A stretch of DNA of 64,000 bases, taken from positions 4,092,001 to 4,156,000 of the forward strand of contig NW_027361707.1 in assembly GCF_039654945.1 (NCBI RefSeq), read 5' to 3'. Under the pieces are notes generated by a model that had not been told where the DNA came from, made no database searches, and saw only the letters and a list, made by a program, of their open reading frames with translations. This document shows positions 1-12,650 of this stretch, piece after piece. Each line of letters starts with the position of its first letter. Position 1 is the stretch's first letter. A program made the position numbers and the translations under genes. The stretch comes from Dendrobates tinctorius. Lineage: Eukaryota.

Positions 1-65
1 AGGCAAAAAAGTGTAACAAATAGTGCTACACATACAACTGCACCAAGCAATTTTATGCCATAGAT

Positions 66-382
66 CGGGGTGGGGGATCTTTTTTCTGCCAAGGGCCATT
101 TGGATATTTCATATACCATCCTTTGGGGGCCATACAAACTCCACCAACAAAGTACAACCTGACTCTGGCACTGGTGTCAGGACGTAAGCTTTCATTGCAT
201 GCCCTTCAATGTTCAGTAGTGAACACTGCGTGTGTGCGCGCGAGAAGAAATTAATGAGATTGTGGCAATCAAAATACAGCTTCCTGCCAAAGAATGCGGT
301 CCCTAAGAATCTGCTCAGGGGCCTGATTAAAAGGTCATCGAGGGCCGTAAATGTCCCTGGGGCCTGAGGTTACCCACCCCTG
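66..382. mobile_element. hAT-type MITE
   Basis: TIR-like ends CGGGGTGGGGG...CCCACCCCTG; exact 8-bp TSD CCATAGAT at 58-65 and 383-390. Confidence 0.85.
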
Positions 383-547
383 CCATAGATAATAGAAAAG
401 TCATATAAAGCATTGCAACCCCCGATTAGCATAAAGGGCCAGAATCAACCAGGTTATAGCCAGTATAAGATAATATATCACATTCAAATACCTCATTAGT
501 GTACCAGGCCAAATAAAATGTTGGTTTTATCCTCTATAATCAGCTTA

Positions 548-995
548 GGCCGGTTTCACATTTGCGCTTCAGGGCGCAGCGACGGCCTGCGCACGGCCGC
601 CGCTAAGCCCCGCCCCCTGCAGCTCCTCTGCCGGTAGCTCCGCCTCCGGGCGCATGACGCTGCATGCGTCCCCTATCTTTATCACTGAGGCAGCAGGCCG
701 TGCGCAGTATGCGCTTGGCGGCGCCTGCGTTCTTTTGACGGTGCGCCGAGCGCAACCAAATTGCAACAGGTTGCACTTGGCGCTGGTTGGCGCACCGTCA
801 AAAGGACGCATGCGCCGTCAAACGCATACTGCACACGGCCTGCGTTCCCAGTGATAAAGATAGGGGACGCATGACGCATGCAGCGTCATGCGCCCGGAGG
901 CGGAACTACCGGCGGAGGCTCGGCAGGGGGCGGGGCTTAGCGGCCGCCATGCGCAGGCCGTCGCTGCGCCCTGAAGCGCAAATGTGAAACTGGCC
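548..995. mobile_element. PIF/Harbinger-type palindromic GC-rich MITE
   Basis: TIR GGCCGGTTTCACATTTGCG...CGCAAATGTGAAACTGGCC; TTA on both sides; almost fully self-complementary; a relative lies at 13911-14363. Confidence 0.85.
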
Positions 996-1145
996 TTACA
1001 CCAACACCTTAAGAGAAAAAAGGCCTGTGCTAAACATTATATTGCAGGCAAAAAAAACAAATATAGAACAATCTCACCCCCCATCCTTCACTGAAAGGGA
1101 CGAAAGGATTCATAAGGTGATGCTTATGTTAAATCAGGTAACGCC

Positions 1146-1187
1146 ACTCCCAACACGTTTCCTCTTACCCAGATTCTTCAGGGGAGT
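1146..1187 (-). ncRNA. Minimal (Penelope-type) hammerhead ribozyme-like motif, left arm
   Basis: Minus strand reads ACTCCC-CTGAAGA-ATCTGGGTAAGAG-GAAA-CGTG-TT-GGGAGT; stem I is a perfect 6 bp; the stem II closing pair is mismatched. Confidence 0.55.
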
Positions 1188-1378
1188 AAAAGGCAAAAAT
1201 CTTGGGGTGATCTTATCCCCTCAGTCACTGTTACCCGCTGCTACGGCTTAAAACCACAAAGCGGTGTAGTATGTAAGTATGTAGGTAAGCATACTACTGT
1301 ACGGCTTTGTGGTTTTAAGCCGCACCAGCAGATAACAGTAACTGAGGGGATAAGATCACCCCAAGATTTTTGCCTTTT

Positions 1379-1420
1379 ACTCCCCTGAAGAATTTGGATA
1401 AGAGGAAACGTGTTGGGAGT
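1379..1420 (+). ncRNA. Minimal (Penelope-type) hammerhead ribozyme-like motif, right arm
   Basis: ACTCCC-CTGAAGA-ATTTGGATAAGAG-GAAA-CGTG-TT-GGGAGT. Confidence 0.5.
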
Positions 1421-1574
1421 GGCGTTACCGGATTTAACATATGCATCACCTTATGAATCCGTTCAGCCCTTTCAGTGAAAGACGGGGTGAGATGGTTCCA
1501 TATTTGTTTTTTTTGCCTGCAATATAATGTTTAGCACAGGCCTCTTCTTTCAAGGTGTTGGTATAAGCTGATTA

Positions 1575-3388
1575 TCTAATATATAAAGCTCAAAGTGTGT
1601 GTGTATGCGTACAAGCGTGCATGTGCGTACGCGCGTGCGTGTACGTGCACGCGCGTGTGTGTGTACGCGCGTGCGTGCGTATGCATGCGTGCGTGCGTAT
1701 GCATGCGTGCGTGCGTATGTCCGGGATAGGCATCCGCACCGTCGCAGCTACAGCCACAAAATTTGGCACAGTCGCACGTCTGGACCCCGAGAGCGTCCTA
1801 AGCTATGTTGTGAGGCGAAATTTCAACCCCGGGCGTTCCAATTCACCAAACAATTTTGCCCCTGTCTACATACTGGGGAAAAAGTGTGCGCACGTCAAGC
1901 CCCGCCCCTCATTATGATGTCATAATGCCCCTATTTGCATACTGGAGAAGCAGTGTGTGCGTATCAAGCCCCACCCCTCATTATGATGTCACAATGGTTG
2001 CCATGGCGACGCTGTCATCATAGGTTGCAAGCCCTGCCGCCGCTCATTATGATGTCATAATGGTTGACTATGGGATGGAGGATATATATGACGGGTATAT
2101 GGGCACGGGACTATGAGATGGCGGATATGTATGATGGGTATATGGGCACGGGACTATGGGATGGAGGATATGTATGATGGGTATATGGGCACGGGACTAT
2201 GGGATGGAGGATATGTATGATGGGTATATGGGCACGGGACTATGGGATGGAGGATATGTATGATGGGTATAGGGGCACGGGACTATGGGATGAAGGATGT
2301 GTGATGGGTATATGGGCACTCGACTATGGGATGGCGAATATGTATGATGGGTATATGGGCATGGGACTATGGGATGGCGAATATGTATGATGGGTATATG
2401 GGAACGGGACTATGGGATGGCGAATATGTATGATGGGTATATGGGCATGGGACGGCGAATATGTATGATGGATATATGGGCATGGGACTATGGGATGGAG
2501 AATATGTATGATGGGTATATGGGCATGGGACTATGGGATGGAGAATATGTATGATGGGTATTTGGGCATGGGACTGAGATGAAGGATGTGTGATGGGTAT
2601 ATGGGCACTCGACTATGGGATGGCAAATATGTATGATAGGTATATGGGCATGGGACTATGGGATGGAGGATATGTATGATGGGTATATGGGCACGGGACT
2701 ATGGGATGGAGGATATGTATGATGGGTATATGGGCATGGGACTATGGGATGGAGGATGTATGATGGGTATATGGTCACGGGACTATGGGATGGAGGATAT
2801 GTATGATGAGTATATGGGCACGGGACTATGGGATGGCGGATATGTATATGGGCACGGGACTATGGGATGGAGGATGTGTGATGGGTATATGGGCACTGGA
2901 CTATGGGATAGAGGATATGTATGACGGGTATATGGGCACGGGACTATGGGATGGCGGATATGTATATGGGCAGGGGACTATGGGATGGAGGATGTGTGAT
3001 GAGTATATGGGCACTGGACTATGGGATGGAGCATATGTTTGATGGGTATATGGGCACAGGACTATGGGATGGCGGATATGTATATGGGCACGGGACTATG
3101 GGATGCAGGATGTGTGATGGGTATATGGGCATGGGACTATGGAATGGAGGATGTGTGATGGGTATATGGGCATGGGACTATGGGATGGAGGATGTGCGAT
3201 GGGTATATGGGAACTCGACTATGGGATGGAGGATATGTATGATGGGTATATGGGCACAGGCCTATGGGATGGTGGATATGTATGATGGGTATATGGGCAC
3301 GGGACTATGGGATGGAGGATAATTATAATTTGTTATAACTAACCACAGTTAGTTACTATGCCCGGGCAGCGCCGGGCTCTTCAGCTAG
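1575..3388 (+). mobile_element. Non-autonomous Helitron
   Basis: Starts TC after an A and ends CTAG before a T, with no TSD; subterminal GC hairpin GCCCGGGCAGCGCCGGGC; the empty site CTGATTA|TAGAGG can be read in the opposite arm of the palindrome. Confidence 0.85.
2068..3320. repeat. ~43-bp minisatellite (CTATGGGATGGAGGATATGTATGATGGGTATATGGGCACGGGA) inside the Helitron; a purine-pyrimidine microsatellite lies at 1595-1720
   Basis: Directly visible tandem units. Confidence 0.95.
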
Positions 3389-3524
3389 TAGAGGATAAAA
3401 CCAATGTTTTATTTGGGCCGTTATGCTAATGAGGTGTTTGAATGTGATTGATATATGATCTTATACTGGCTATAACCAGGTTGATTTTGGTCCTTTTATG
3501 CTAATCGGGTGTTGCAATGCTTAA

Positions 3525-4154
3525 GGCTATGTGTACACTGCAGAATCACCTGCGGGTATTTCCGCGCGGAACCGCAGTGACCTGCGGTTTTACACCTCTG
3601 TTAAAGGTGTGAAACCGCCCAAACAATTGACATGCTGCGGTTTATAAACCGCGCGGGAAAAAAGCGCACCGTGAGCACAGCGTTTTTGAAAACCCATAGG
3701 GTTTCATTGTACTGTACTTGGTCTGCGGAACTGCTGCGTTTCCGCAGGGCCAAAACCGCTGCGGAAACAACGCAGCAGCATACGCAACGTGTGCACATAG
3801 CCTTAGGCTATGTGCACACGGTGCGGATTCTGCTGCATATACTCAGCGGATTTAGCCCTGCGTATAGACAGAACCGCATGTGATGTACAGTACCATTGTA
3901 GCCTATGTGAAACAAAATCCGCTGTACACATGCGGCTTTTTTTCGTGCAGATTTGGTGCGGAGTGAAAAAAAGCAGCATGTCACTTTTGTGCGCTTTTGC
4001 TGCAGTTTTCCACCTGCTCCATTCTATAAATCTGCAGGTGGAAAACCACACTATAAAAAGCACTAAATCGTAAATCCAGGTCGTTTGATCTGTGGATTTT
4101 GTCAATTCTGCGCGGAAAATTCCTAAACAGAATATGCTCTGTGTGCACACAGCC
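3525..4154. mobile_element. Two tandem Harbinger-type MITEs (3525-3802 and 3806-4154) sharing a TTA
   Basis: TIRs GGCTATGTG(T/C)ACAC...GTGTGCACA(T/C)AGCC with TWA target sites. Confidence 0.8.
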
Positions 4155-4767
4155 TTATAGGACTTTTCTATTGTCTATGGCATAAAATTGCCTGGTGCGG
4201 TTGTATGTGCAGCACTTTGTATTACACTTTTTTTTGCCTTTTCGGGGTGCACTGTTGATTTGTTTGGTGAATTATTTATGAAAGTTTTTGCAAAAAGAAC
4301 TTTTTAAACATATATTAAAAGTTGCTAATACCAATGTGTGACCACTGAGGCCTAGAGAGGACACATGCCTTCCCCCTCAGATACCCAACAATGGACCCTT
4401 AGAAGGCACTCTTACAGCCATACAGAACCACTCTTAAAGGGATTGTCCATTTTGGAAAACCCATTACAACTAAAAAAGATTTACATAAGGTTATAAAAAA
4501 TGGACTGTGCCCATTACCAGGGAGCAGAGGATGTCAGGAGAGGTGATTGGGGGGGGACACAGTCAAAACTTCAGCCCCCTCACGTTCACAAACTCTTCTT
4601 TAGGGCGACCAAAAAAAAACAAAAAACATCATTTTCTTAACCCTTTGTAACCATTGACTGTAATTGAACATTGCTAATAAAGTTATTGAAAAAAAAAACA
4701 GTACAGGAACCCCAACAAACAGGGCGTTATAGAGAAAGCATATTTCCCTCAAGAGCAGGCAACTTAC

Positions 4768-4805
4768 CGGCGGCCGTCAGCGCGGTTGTCCCGGTGTCTG
4801 TACAT
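4768..4805 (-). CDS. SLBP: Probable first coding exon of histone stem-loop binding protein (MYRHRDNRADGR.., donor GTAAGT); the gene continues left beyond the window
   Basis: ATG in GTCATG context inside a CpG-rich patch and a consensus donor; the RADGRR-like peptide resembles the SLBP N-terminus; position and strand match the conserved SLBP(-)/TMEM129(-)/TACC3(+) order. Confidence 0.6.
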
Positions 4806-5315
4806 GACTGCGATTCTCCCACTAACACCGGCCTCACGACGCGTCATGCACCTACTAAGCGATGCGCGCCAGAAACAGAGCCTTTAACTGACTATGCCGG
4901 AATATACCACTGCTGAGCAATTGGTGGGGGAGTACAAATCTAGAAACACTCCCTCAAGCACCTTTTTTATTATTTTTCAGACCCACTTTTATAAACTGAA
5001 ACACTATTTTAGAAATAAATAGAATTTGCTGATGAATTTTTAAGATTTATCTGCACTAAAATAAAAAATTCCAGGGTCATAAATATACAAGCCACCCCTC
5101 AGAAAACAAACGCTTTTGGAATGTTCCACACGCTGCGCAGTGTTCCGGGAAAGGTGATAATCTATTGGTTCGATCTCGTTGGTGGGCGGGGACGGAAGTC
5201 TCTGGTTCTCTCACCTGATTGGCTGTCAGGGACTGTGCGGCCGTGTAGCGTTTTGAAGAGATTCCCCGCCATAATACTAGGAGACTTTTTTTTTAAAACA
5301 TTATTTTGGCGCTAA
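4806..5315 (-). promoter_or_regulatory. Putative SLBP 5' UTR and promoter with cell-cycle motifs
   Basis: Two CCAAT boxes (ATTGG at ~5165 and ~5218), GC box GGGCGGGG, ETS CGGAAGT, CHR-like TTTGAA at ~5252, E2F-like TTCCCCGCC and TTTGGCGC. Confidence 0.55.
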
Positions 5316-5669
5316 AATAAAAGGAAACAGACAAGTAGTAAATGAAGTGATGATTTACTGACTGAGAGAGTGGTTTTTATACCTGCTATGAGTCAGCTGA
5401 GTGTTTATTATTGAGGTTGATGGCGGCGTCTGTCGCTTGTATCGGGCATTGTTCACATTACGTTTTATCTGCTCTCGCAGATTTTTGTCATGGGGGTCCT
5501 AACCGATACCGCCGATAGAAGCCTTACGTCACTCATAGGACCCCGTTGTAAATAAATGTATATGACCTCATTATCAGCATCCACACGTCCACGGGGGTCG
5601 CCTCTAGGCAATATTGTACCTCCCAAATGTACGATGGCAAAGAGGGACACAAACTTTTTGTGTTCAGCA

Positions 5670-8600
5670 CATTCCCTCACACACAGTATGATAACCCCCA
5701 CACAGTACATCCCCTCACACACGGTATGATGCCCCCCACAAAGTACATCCCCTTACACACAGTATGATGCCCCCCACAAAGTACATCCCCTCACACACGG
5801 TATGATGCCCCCCACACAGTACATCCCCTCACACACGGTATGATGCCCCCCACAAAGTACATCCCCTTACAAACAGTATGATGCCCCCCACACAGTACAT
5901 CCCCTCACACACGGTATGATGCCCCCCACACAGTACATCCCCTCACACACGGTATGATAACCCCCACACAGTACATCCCCTCACACACAGTATGATGCCC
6001 CCCACAAAGTACATCCCCTCACACACGGTATGATAACCCCCACACAGTACATCCCCTCACACACAGTATGATGCCCCCCACAAAGTACATCCCCTCACAC
6101 ACGGTATGATGCCCTCCACACAGTACATCCCCTCACACACAGTATGATAACCCCTCATGGTACATCCCCTCACACACGGTATGATAACCCCCACAAAGTA
6201 CATCCCCTCACACACAGTATGATAACCCCCCATGGTATATCCCCTCACACACAGTATGATGCCCCCCACACAGTACATCCCCTCACACACAGTATGATAA
6301 CCCCTCATGGTACATCCCCTCACACACAGTATGATAACCCCCACAAAGTACATCCCCTCACACACAGTATGATAACCCCCCATGGTACATCCCCTCACAC
6401 ACAGTATGATAACCCCCCATGGTATATCCCCTCACACACGGTATGATGCCCCCCACACAGTACATCCCCTCACACACAGTATGATAACCCCTCATGGTAC
6501 ATCCCCTCACACACGGTATGATAACCCCCACAAAGTACATCCCCTCACACACAGTATGATAACCCCCCATGGTATATCCCCTCACACACACGGTATGATG
6601 CCCCCCACACAGTACATCCCCTCACACACAGTATGATAACCCCTCATGGTACATCCCCTCACACACAGTATGATAACCCCCCCATGGTATATCCCCTCAC
6701 ACACGGTATGATGCCCCCCACACAGTACATCCCCTCACACACAGTATGATAACCCCTCATGGTACATCCCCTCACACACAGTATGATAACCCCCCATGGT
6801 ATATCCCCTCACACACAGTATGATGCCCCCCACACAGTACATCCCCTCACACACAGTATGATAACCCCTCATGGTATATCCCCTCACACACGGTATGATG
6901 CCCCCCACCCAGTACATCCCCTCACACACAGTATGATAACCCCTCATGGTATATCCCCTCACACACGGTATGATGCCCCCGACACAGTACATCCCCTCAC
7001 ACACAGTATGATAACCCCTCATGGTATATCCCCTCACACACGGTATGATGCCCCCCACACAGTACATCCCCTCACACACAGTATGATAACCCCTCATGGT
7101 ATATCCCCTCACACACAGTATGATAACCCCTCATGGTATATCCCCTCACACACAGTATGATAACCCCTCATGGTATATCCCCTCACACACAGTATGATGC
7201 CCCCCACACAGTACATCCCCTCACACACAGTATGATAACCCCTCATGGTATATCCCCTCACACACGGTATGATGCCCCCCACCCAGTACATCCCCTCACA
7301 TACAGTATGATAACCCCTCATGGTACATCCCCTCACACACAGTATGATAACCCCTCATGGTACATCCCCTCACACACAGTATGATAACCCCCCATGGTAT
7401 ATCCCCTCACACACGGTATGATGCCCCCCACACAGTACATCCCCTCACACACAGTATGATAACCCCTCATGGTACATCCCCTCACACACAGTATGATAAC
7501 CCCCCATGGTATATCCCCTCACACACAGTATGATGCCCCCCACACAGTACATCCCCTCACACACAGTATGATAACCCCTCATGGTATATCCCCTCACACA
7601 CGGTATGATGCCCCCCACCCAGTACATCCCCTCACACACAGTATGATAACCCCTCATGGTATATCCCCTCACACACGGTATGATCCCCCCGACACAGTAC
7701 ATCCCCTCACACACAGTATGATAACCCCTCATGGTATATCCCCTCACACACGGTATGATGCCCCCCACACAGTACATCCCCTCACACACAGTATGATAAC
7801 CCCTCATGGTATATCCCCTCACACACAGTATGATAACCCCTCATGGTATATCCCCTCACACACAGTATGATAACCCCTCATGGTATATCCCCTCACACAC
7901 GGTATGATGCCCCCCACACAGTACATCCCCTCACACACAGTATGATAACCCCTCATGGTACATCCCCTCACACACAGTATGATAACCCCTCATGGTATAT
8001 CCCCTCACACACAGTATGATAACCCCTCATGGTATATCCCCTCACACACGGTATGATGCCCCCCACACAGTACATCCCATCACACACAGTATGATAACCC
8101 CTCATGGTATATCCCCTCACACACGGTATGATGCCCCCGACACAGTACATCCCCTCACACACAGTATGATAACCCCTCATGGTATATCCCCTCACACACG
8201 GTAAGATGCCCCCCACACAGTACATCCCCTCACACACAGTATGATAACCCCTCATGGTATATCCCCTCACACACAGTATGATAACCCCTCATGGTATATC
8301 CCCTCACACACAGTATGATAACCCCTCATGGTATATCCCCTCACACACGGTATGATGCCCCCCACACAGTACATCCCCTTACACACGGTATGATAACCCC
8401 TCATGGTATATCCCCTCACACACGGTATGATGCCCCCCACACAGTACATCCCCTCACACACAGTATGATAACCCCTCATGGTATATCCCCTCACACACGG
8501 TATGATAACCCCTCATGGTATATCCCCTCACACACAGTATGATAACCCCTCATGGTATATCCCCTCACACACGGTATGATGCCCCCCACACAGTACATCC

Positions 8601-9720
8601 CCTCACACACAGTATGATAACCCCTCATGGTATATCCCCTCACACACGGTATGATAACCCCTCATGGTATATCCCCTCACACACAGTATGATAACCCCTC
8701 ATGGTATATCCCCTCACACACGGTATGATGCCCCCCACACAGTACATCCCCTCACACACAGTATGATAACCCCTCATGGTATATCCCCTCACACACGGTA
8801 TGATAACCCCTCATGGTATATCCCCTCACACACGGTATGATAACCCCTCATGGTATATCCCCTCACACACAGTATGATAACCCCTCATGGTATATCCCCT
8901 CACACACAGTATGATAACCCCTCATGGTATATCCCCTCACACACGGTATGATGCCCCCCACAGTACATCCCCTCACACACAGTATGATAACCCCTCATGG
9001 TACATCCCCTCACACACAGTATGATAACCCCCACACAGTACATCCCCTCACACACAGTATGATAACCCCTCATGGTACATCCCCTCACACACGGTATGAT
9101 GCCCCCCACACAGTACATCCCCTCACACACAGTATGATAACCCCTCATGGTACATCCCCTCACACGCAGTATGATAACCCCTCATGATATATCCCCTCAC
9201 ACACAGTATGATAACCCCTCATGGTATATCCCCTCACACACGGTATGATGCCCCCCACACAGTACATCCCCTTACACACGGTATGATAACCCCTCATGGT
9301 ATATCCCCTCACACACGGTATGATGCCCCCCACACAGTACATCCCCTCACACACAGTATGATAACCCCTCATGGTATATCCCCTCACACACGGTATGATG
9401 CCCCCCACACAGTACATCCCCTCACACACAGTATGATAACCCCTCATGGTATATCCCCTCACACACAGTATGATAACCCCTCATGGTATATCCCCTCACA
9501 CACGGTATGATGCCCCCCACACAGTACATCCCCTTACACACAGTATGATAACCCCTCATGGTATATCCCCTCACACACGGTATGATAACCCCTCATGGTA
9601 TATCCCCTCACACACGGTATGATGCCCCCCACACAGTACATCCCCTTACACACAGTATGATAACCCCTCATGGTATATCCCCTCACACACGGTATGATCC
9701 CCACACACAGTACATTCCCT
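5670..9720. repeat. 4-kb minisatellite of two interleaved 37/38-bp variants; decays to ~10200
   Basis: Variant cores GTATGATAACCCCTCATGGTATATCCCCTCACACAC and GTATGATGCCCCCCACACAGTACATCCCCTCACACAC. Confidence 0.95.
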
Positions 9721-10599
9721 CACACAGTATAATGTCCCCCACACTGCATTCTATACAGTATGATGCCCCCCACACAGTACATTCCCGCACACACAGTATG
9801 ATGCTCCCATAGTTCCATCTACACACTATATTGCTCCCCACACAGTATGATGATTCCACGGTGCTCCCCAAACACAGTATTGATGTACCCACAGTATATT
9901 CCCTCACACACAGTATGATGCCCACACAGTGCCCTCCAGACAGTATGATGGCCCCGCAGTGCTCCCCTCAGTGTTTCCCATTAACAGTGCCCCACACTGC
10001 CTCTTCCATATTATGGTGCCTCTCCATACACTAAGATTCCTCCAGAGCCCCCCCCACTGTATGATTCAGCCGCATAGCCCCCCATAGTATGAAGTTTCTG
10101 CAGTGCTCCCCCACAGTACTTCTCATAAATTACGCTTCCTTAGTGCCTTCCCCAAATTATGGTACCCGTCACACACTATAAGGCTCAGACACTGTCCTCC
10201 ATATAGATATAAATGTTGGGTATATCCAGCATCACATCCACATGTAATAATTAAAATAAAAGTCCCTTATTATTCCATGTTAAAATTAGAGATTAAAAAC
10301 ATACTTAAAAAAAAGTGCCCACTAAAAAATATGATACCCCACAGCTCACAAAATGACTAACTTGTGCTTGTACTGTGCATGGTTGAGTTCACAATGTGGC
10401 TACGTCATGCTTGTTATGTGTGTGGTGGAGCTCACAAAATGGCTACCTCGTGTTTGTAATTATGTGGAGCTCACAAAAGAGCTACCTCATGGTTGCAATG
10501 TATGCGGTGGAGCTCAAAAACTGGCTACCTCATCCTAGTAATGAGTATGTAAAAGCTCTTGAAATGGCTACCTTGTGCTTGCAATGCGTGTGGAGTAAC

Positions 10600-10980
10600 T
10601 CCCAAAATGGCTACCATGTGCTTGTAATATATGTGGAGCTCACAAAATGGCTACCATGTGCTTGTAATATATGTGGAGCTCACAAAATGGCTACCATGTG
10701 CTTGTAATATATGTGGAGCTCACAAAATGGCTACCATGTGCTTGTAATATATGTGGCGCTCACAAAATGGCTACCATGTGCTTGTAATATATGTGGAGCT
10801 TACAAAATGGCTACCATGTGCTTGTAATATATGTGGAGCTCACAAAATGGCTACCATGTGCTTGTAATATATGTGGAGCTCACAAAATGGCTACCATGTG
10901 CTTGTAATATATGTGGAGCTCACAAAATGGCTACCATGTGCTTGTAATATATGTGGAGCTCACAAAATGGCTACCTTGTA
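10600..10980. repeat. 40-bp minisatellite (~9 near-perfect copies, degenerate flanks)
   Basis: CTCACAAAATGGCTACCATGTGCTTGTAATATATGTGGAG tandem. Confidence 0.95.
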
Positions 10981-12650
10981 CTAGTAATGTATGCAGTAGA
11001 GTGCACAATATGGCTACTTCGTGCTTGTACTGTATACGGTAGAACTTACAAAATGGCTACCTCGTGCTTGGAGAGAGAGGTGAATTTCAGTCAGTTGCCA
11101 CGTGGCACTATGGATACGTTGCCAACACTGGACGTTACATTGACTAAGCTGTACAAGGTCTTTCCTGTGGACAGTAATGTTATGCCATGCCTTGGTTTCC
11201 TCATAGAGAAATAGAGTCAATGCCAATTGGAGCCTATAACTTGGACACATGCCAATGGTGCTACTAAAGCGGCGAGCGCCAGAAGAACAGAGGGATATGG
11301 TGGCCATGTTAACCTGCCTCGCCAATATCCTGGACGTACAGTGGGAACGGAAAGTATTCAGACCTCTTTAAACGTTTAACTTTTTGTTTCATTGCAGCCA
11401 ATTGGTAAACTCAAAAAAGTTCATTTTTTTCTCATTACTGTACACTCTGCACCCCATCATGACTGGAAAAAAAACAGAAATGTAGAATTTTTTGCAAATT
11501 TATTAAAAAAGAAAAACTGAAATATCACATGGTCATAAGTATTCAGACCCTTTGCTCAGTATTGAGTAGAAGCACCTTTTGAGCTAGTACAGCCATGAGA
11601 CTTCTTGGGAATGATGCCACAAGTTTTTCACACCTGGATTTGGGGATCCTCTGCCATTCTTCCTTGCAGATCCTCTCCAGTTCCATCAGATTGGATGGTG
11701 AATGTTGGCGGACAGCCATTTTCAGGTCTCTCCAGAGATGCTCAATTGGGTTTAGGTCAGGGCTCTGGCTGGGCCAGTCAAGAATGGTCACAGAGTTATT
11801 CTGAAGTCACTCCTTTGTTATTTTAGCTGAGTGCTTAGGGTCATTGTCTTGTTGGAAGGTGACCCTTCGGCCAAGTCTGAGGTCCAGAGCACTCTGAAAG
11901 AGGTTTTCATCCAGGATATCTCTGTACTTGGTCGCATTCATGTTTCCTTCAATTGCAACCAGTCGTTCTGTCCCTGCAGCTGAAAAACACCCCCATAGCA
12001 TGATGCTGCCACCACCATGTTTCACTGTTGGGATTGTATTGGGCAGGTGATGAGCAGTGCCTGGTTTTCTCCACACATACCACTTAAAATTATCACCGAA
12101 AAGTTCTATCTTGGTCTCATCAGACCAGAGAATCTTATTTCTCATAGTCTGGGAGTCCTTCATGTGTTTTTTTTATCAAACTCTATGTGGTCTTGCATAT
12201 GTCTGGCACTGTGGAGAGGCTTCTGTTGGGCCGCTCTATCAAAAAGGCCCGACTGGTGGAGGGCTGCAGTGATAGTTGACTTTGTGGAACTTTCTCTCAT
12301 CTCCCTACTGCATCTGTGGAGCTCAGCCACAGTGATCTTGGGGTTCTTCTTTACCTCTCTCATCAAGACTCTTCTCCCACGATTGCTCAGTTTGGCTGGA
12401 CGACCAGGTCTAGGAAGACTTCTGGTGGTGCCAAACTTCTTCCATTTAAGGATTATGGAGGCCACTGTGCTCTTAGGAACCTTGAGTACAGCAGAATTCC
12501 TTTTGTAACCTTGGCCAGATCTGTGCCTTGCTACAATTCTGTCTCTGAGCTCCTTGGCCAGTTCCTTTGACCTCTTGATTCTCATTTGGTCTGACATGCA
12601 CTGTGAGCTGTGAGGTCTTATATAGACAGGTGTGCGCCTTTACAAATCAA

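Larger units (their letters stand above)
1..4220. mobile_element. Large imperfect inverted repeat (centre ~1280), probably a Penelope-like element remnant with inverted pLTRs, interrupted by five younger insertions
   Basis: Segments 1-65, 383-547 and 999-1275 are the reverse complement of 4155-4220, 3389-3523 and 1290-1574. Each arm carries a minimal hammerhead-like motif, which is typical of Penelope pLTRs. Confidence 0.7.

Noticed and set aside
5670-9812. Many repetitive ORFs and a CRISPR-like look of the array
   Set aside because: Pure tandem repeat with no unique spacers and no cas genes, in a eukaryotic context
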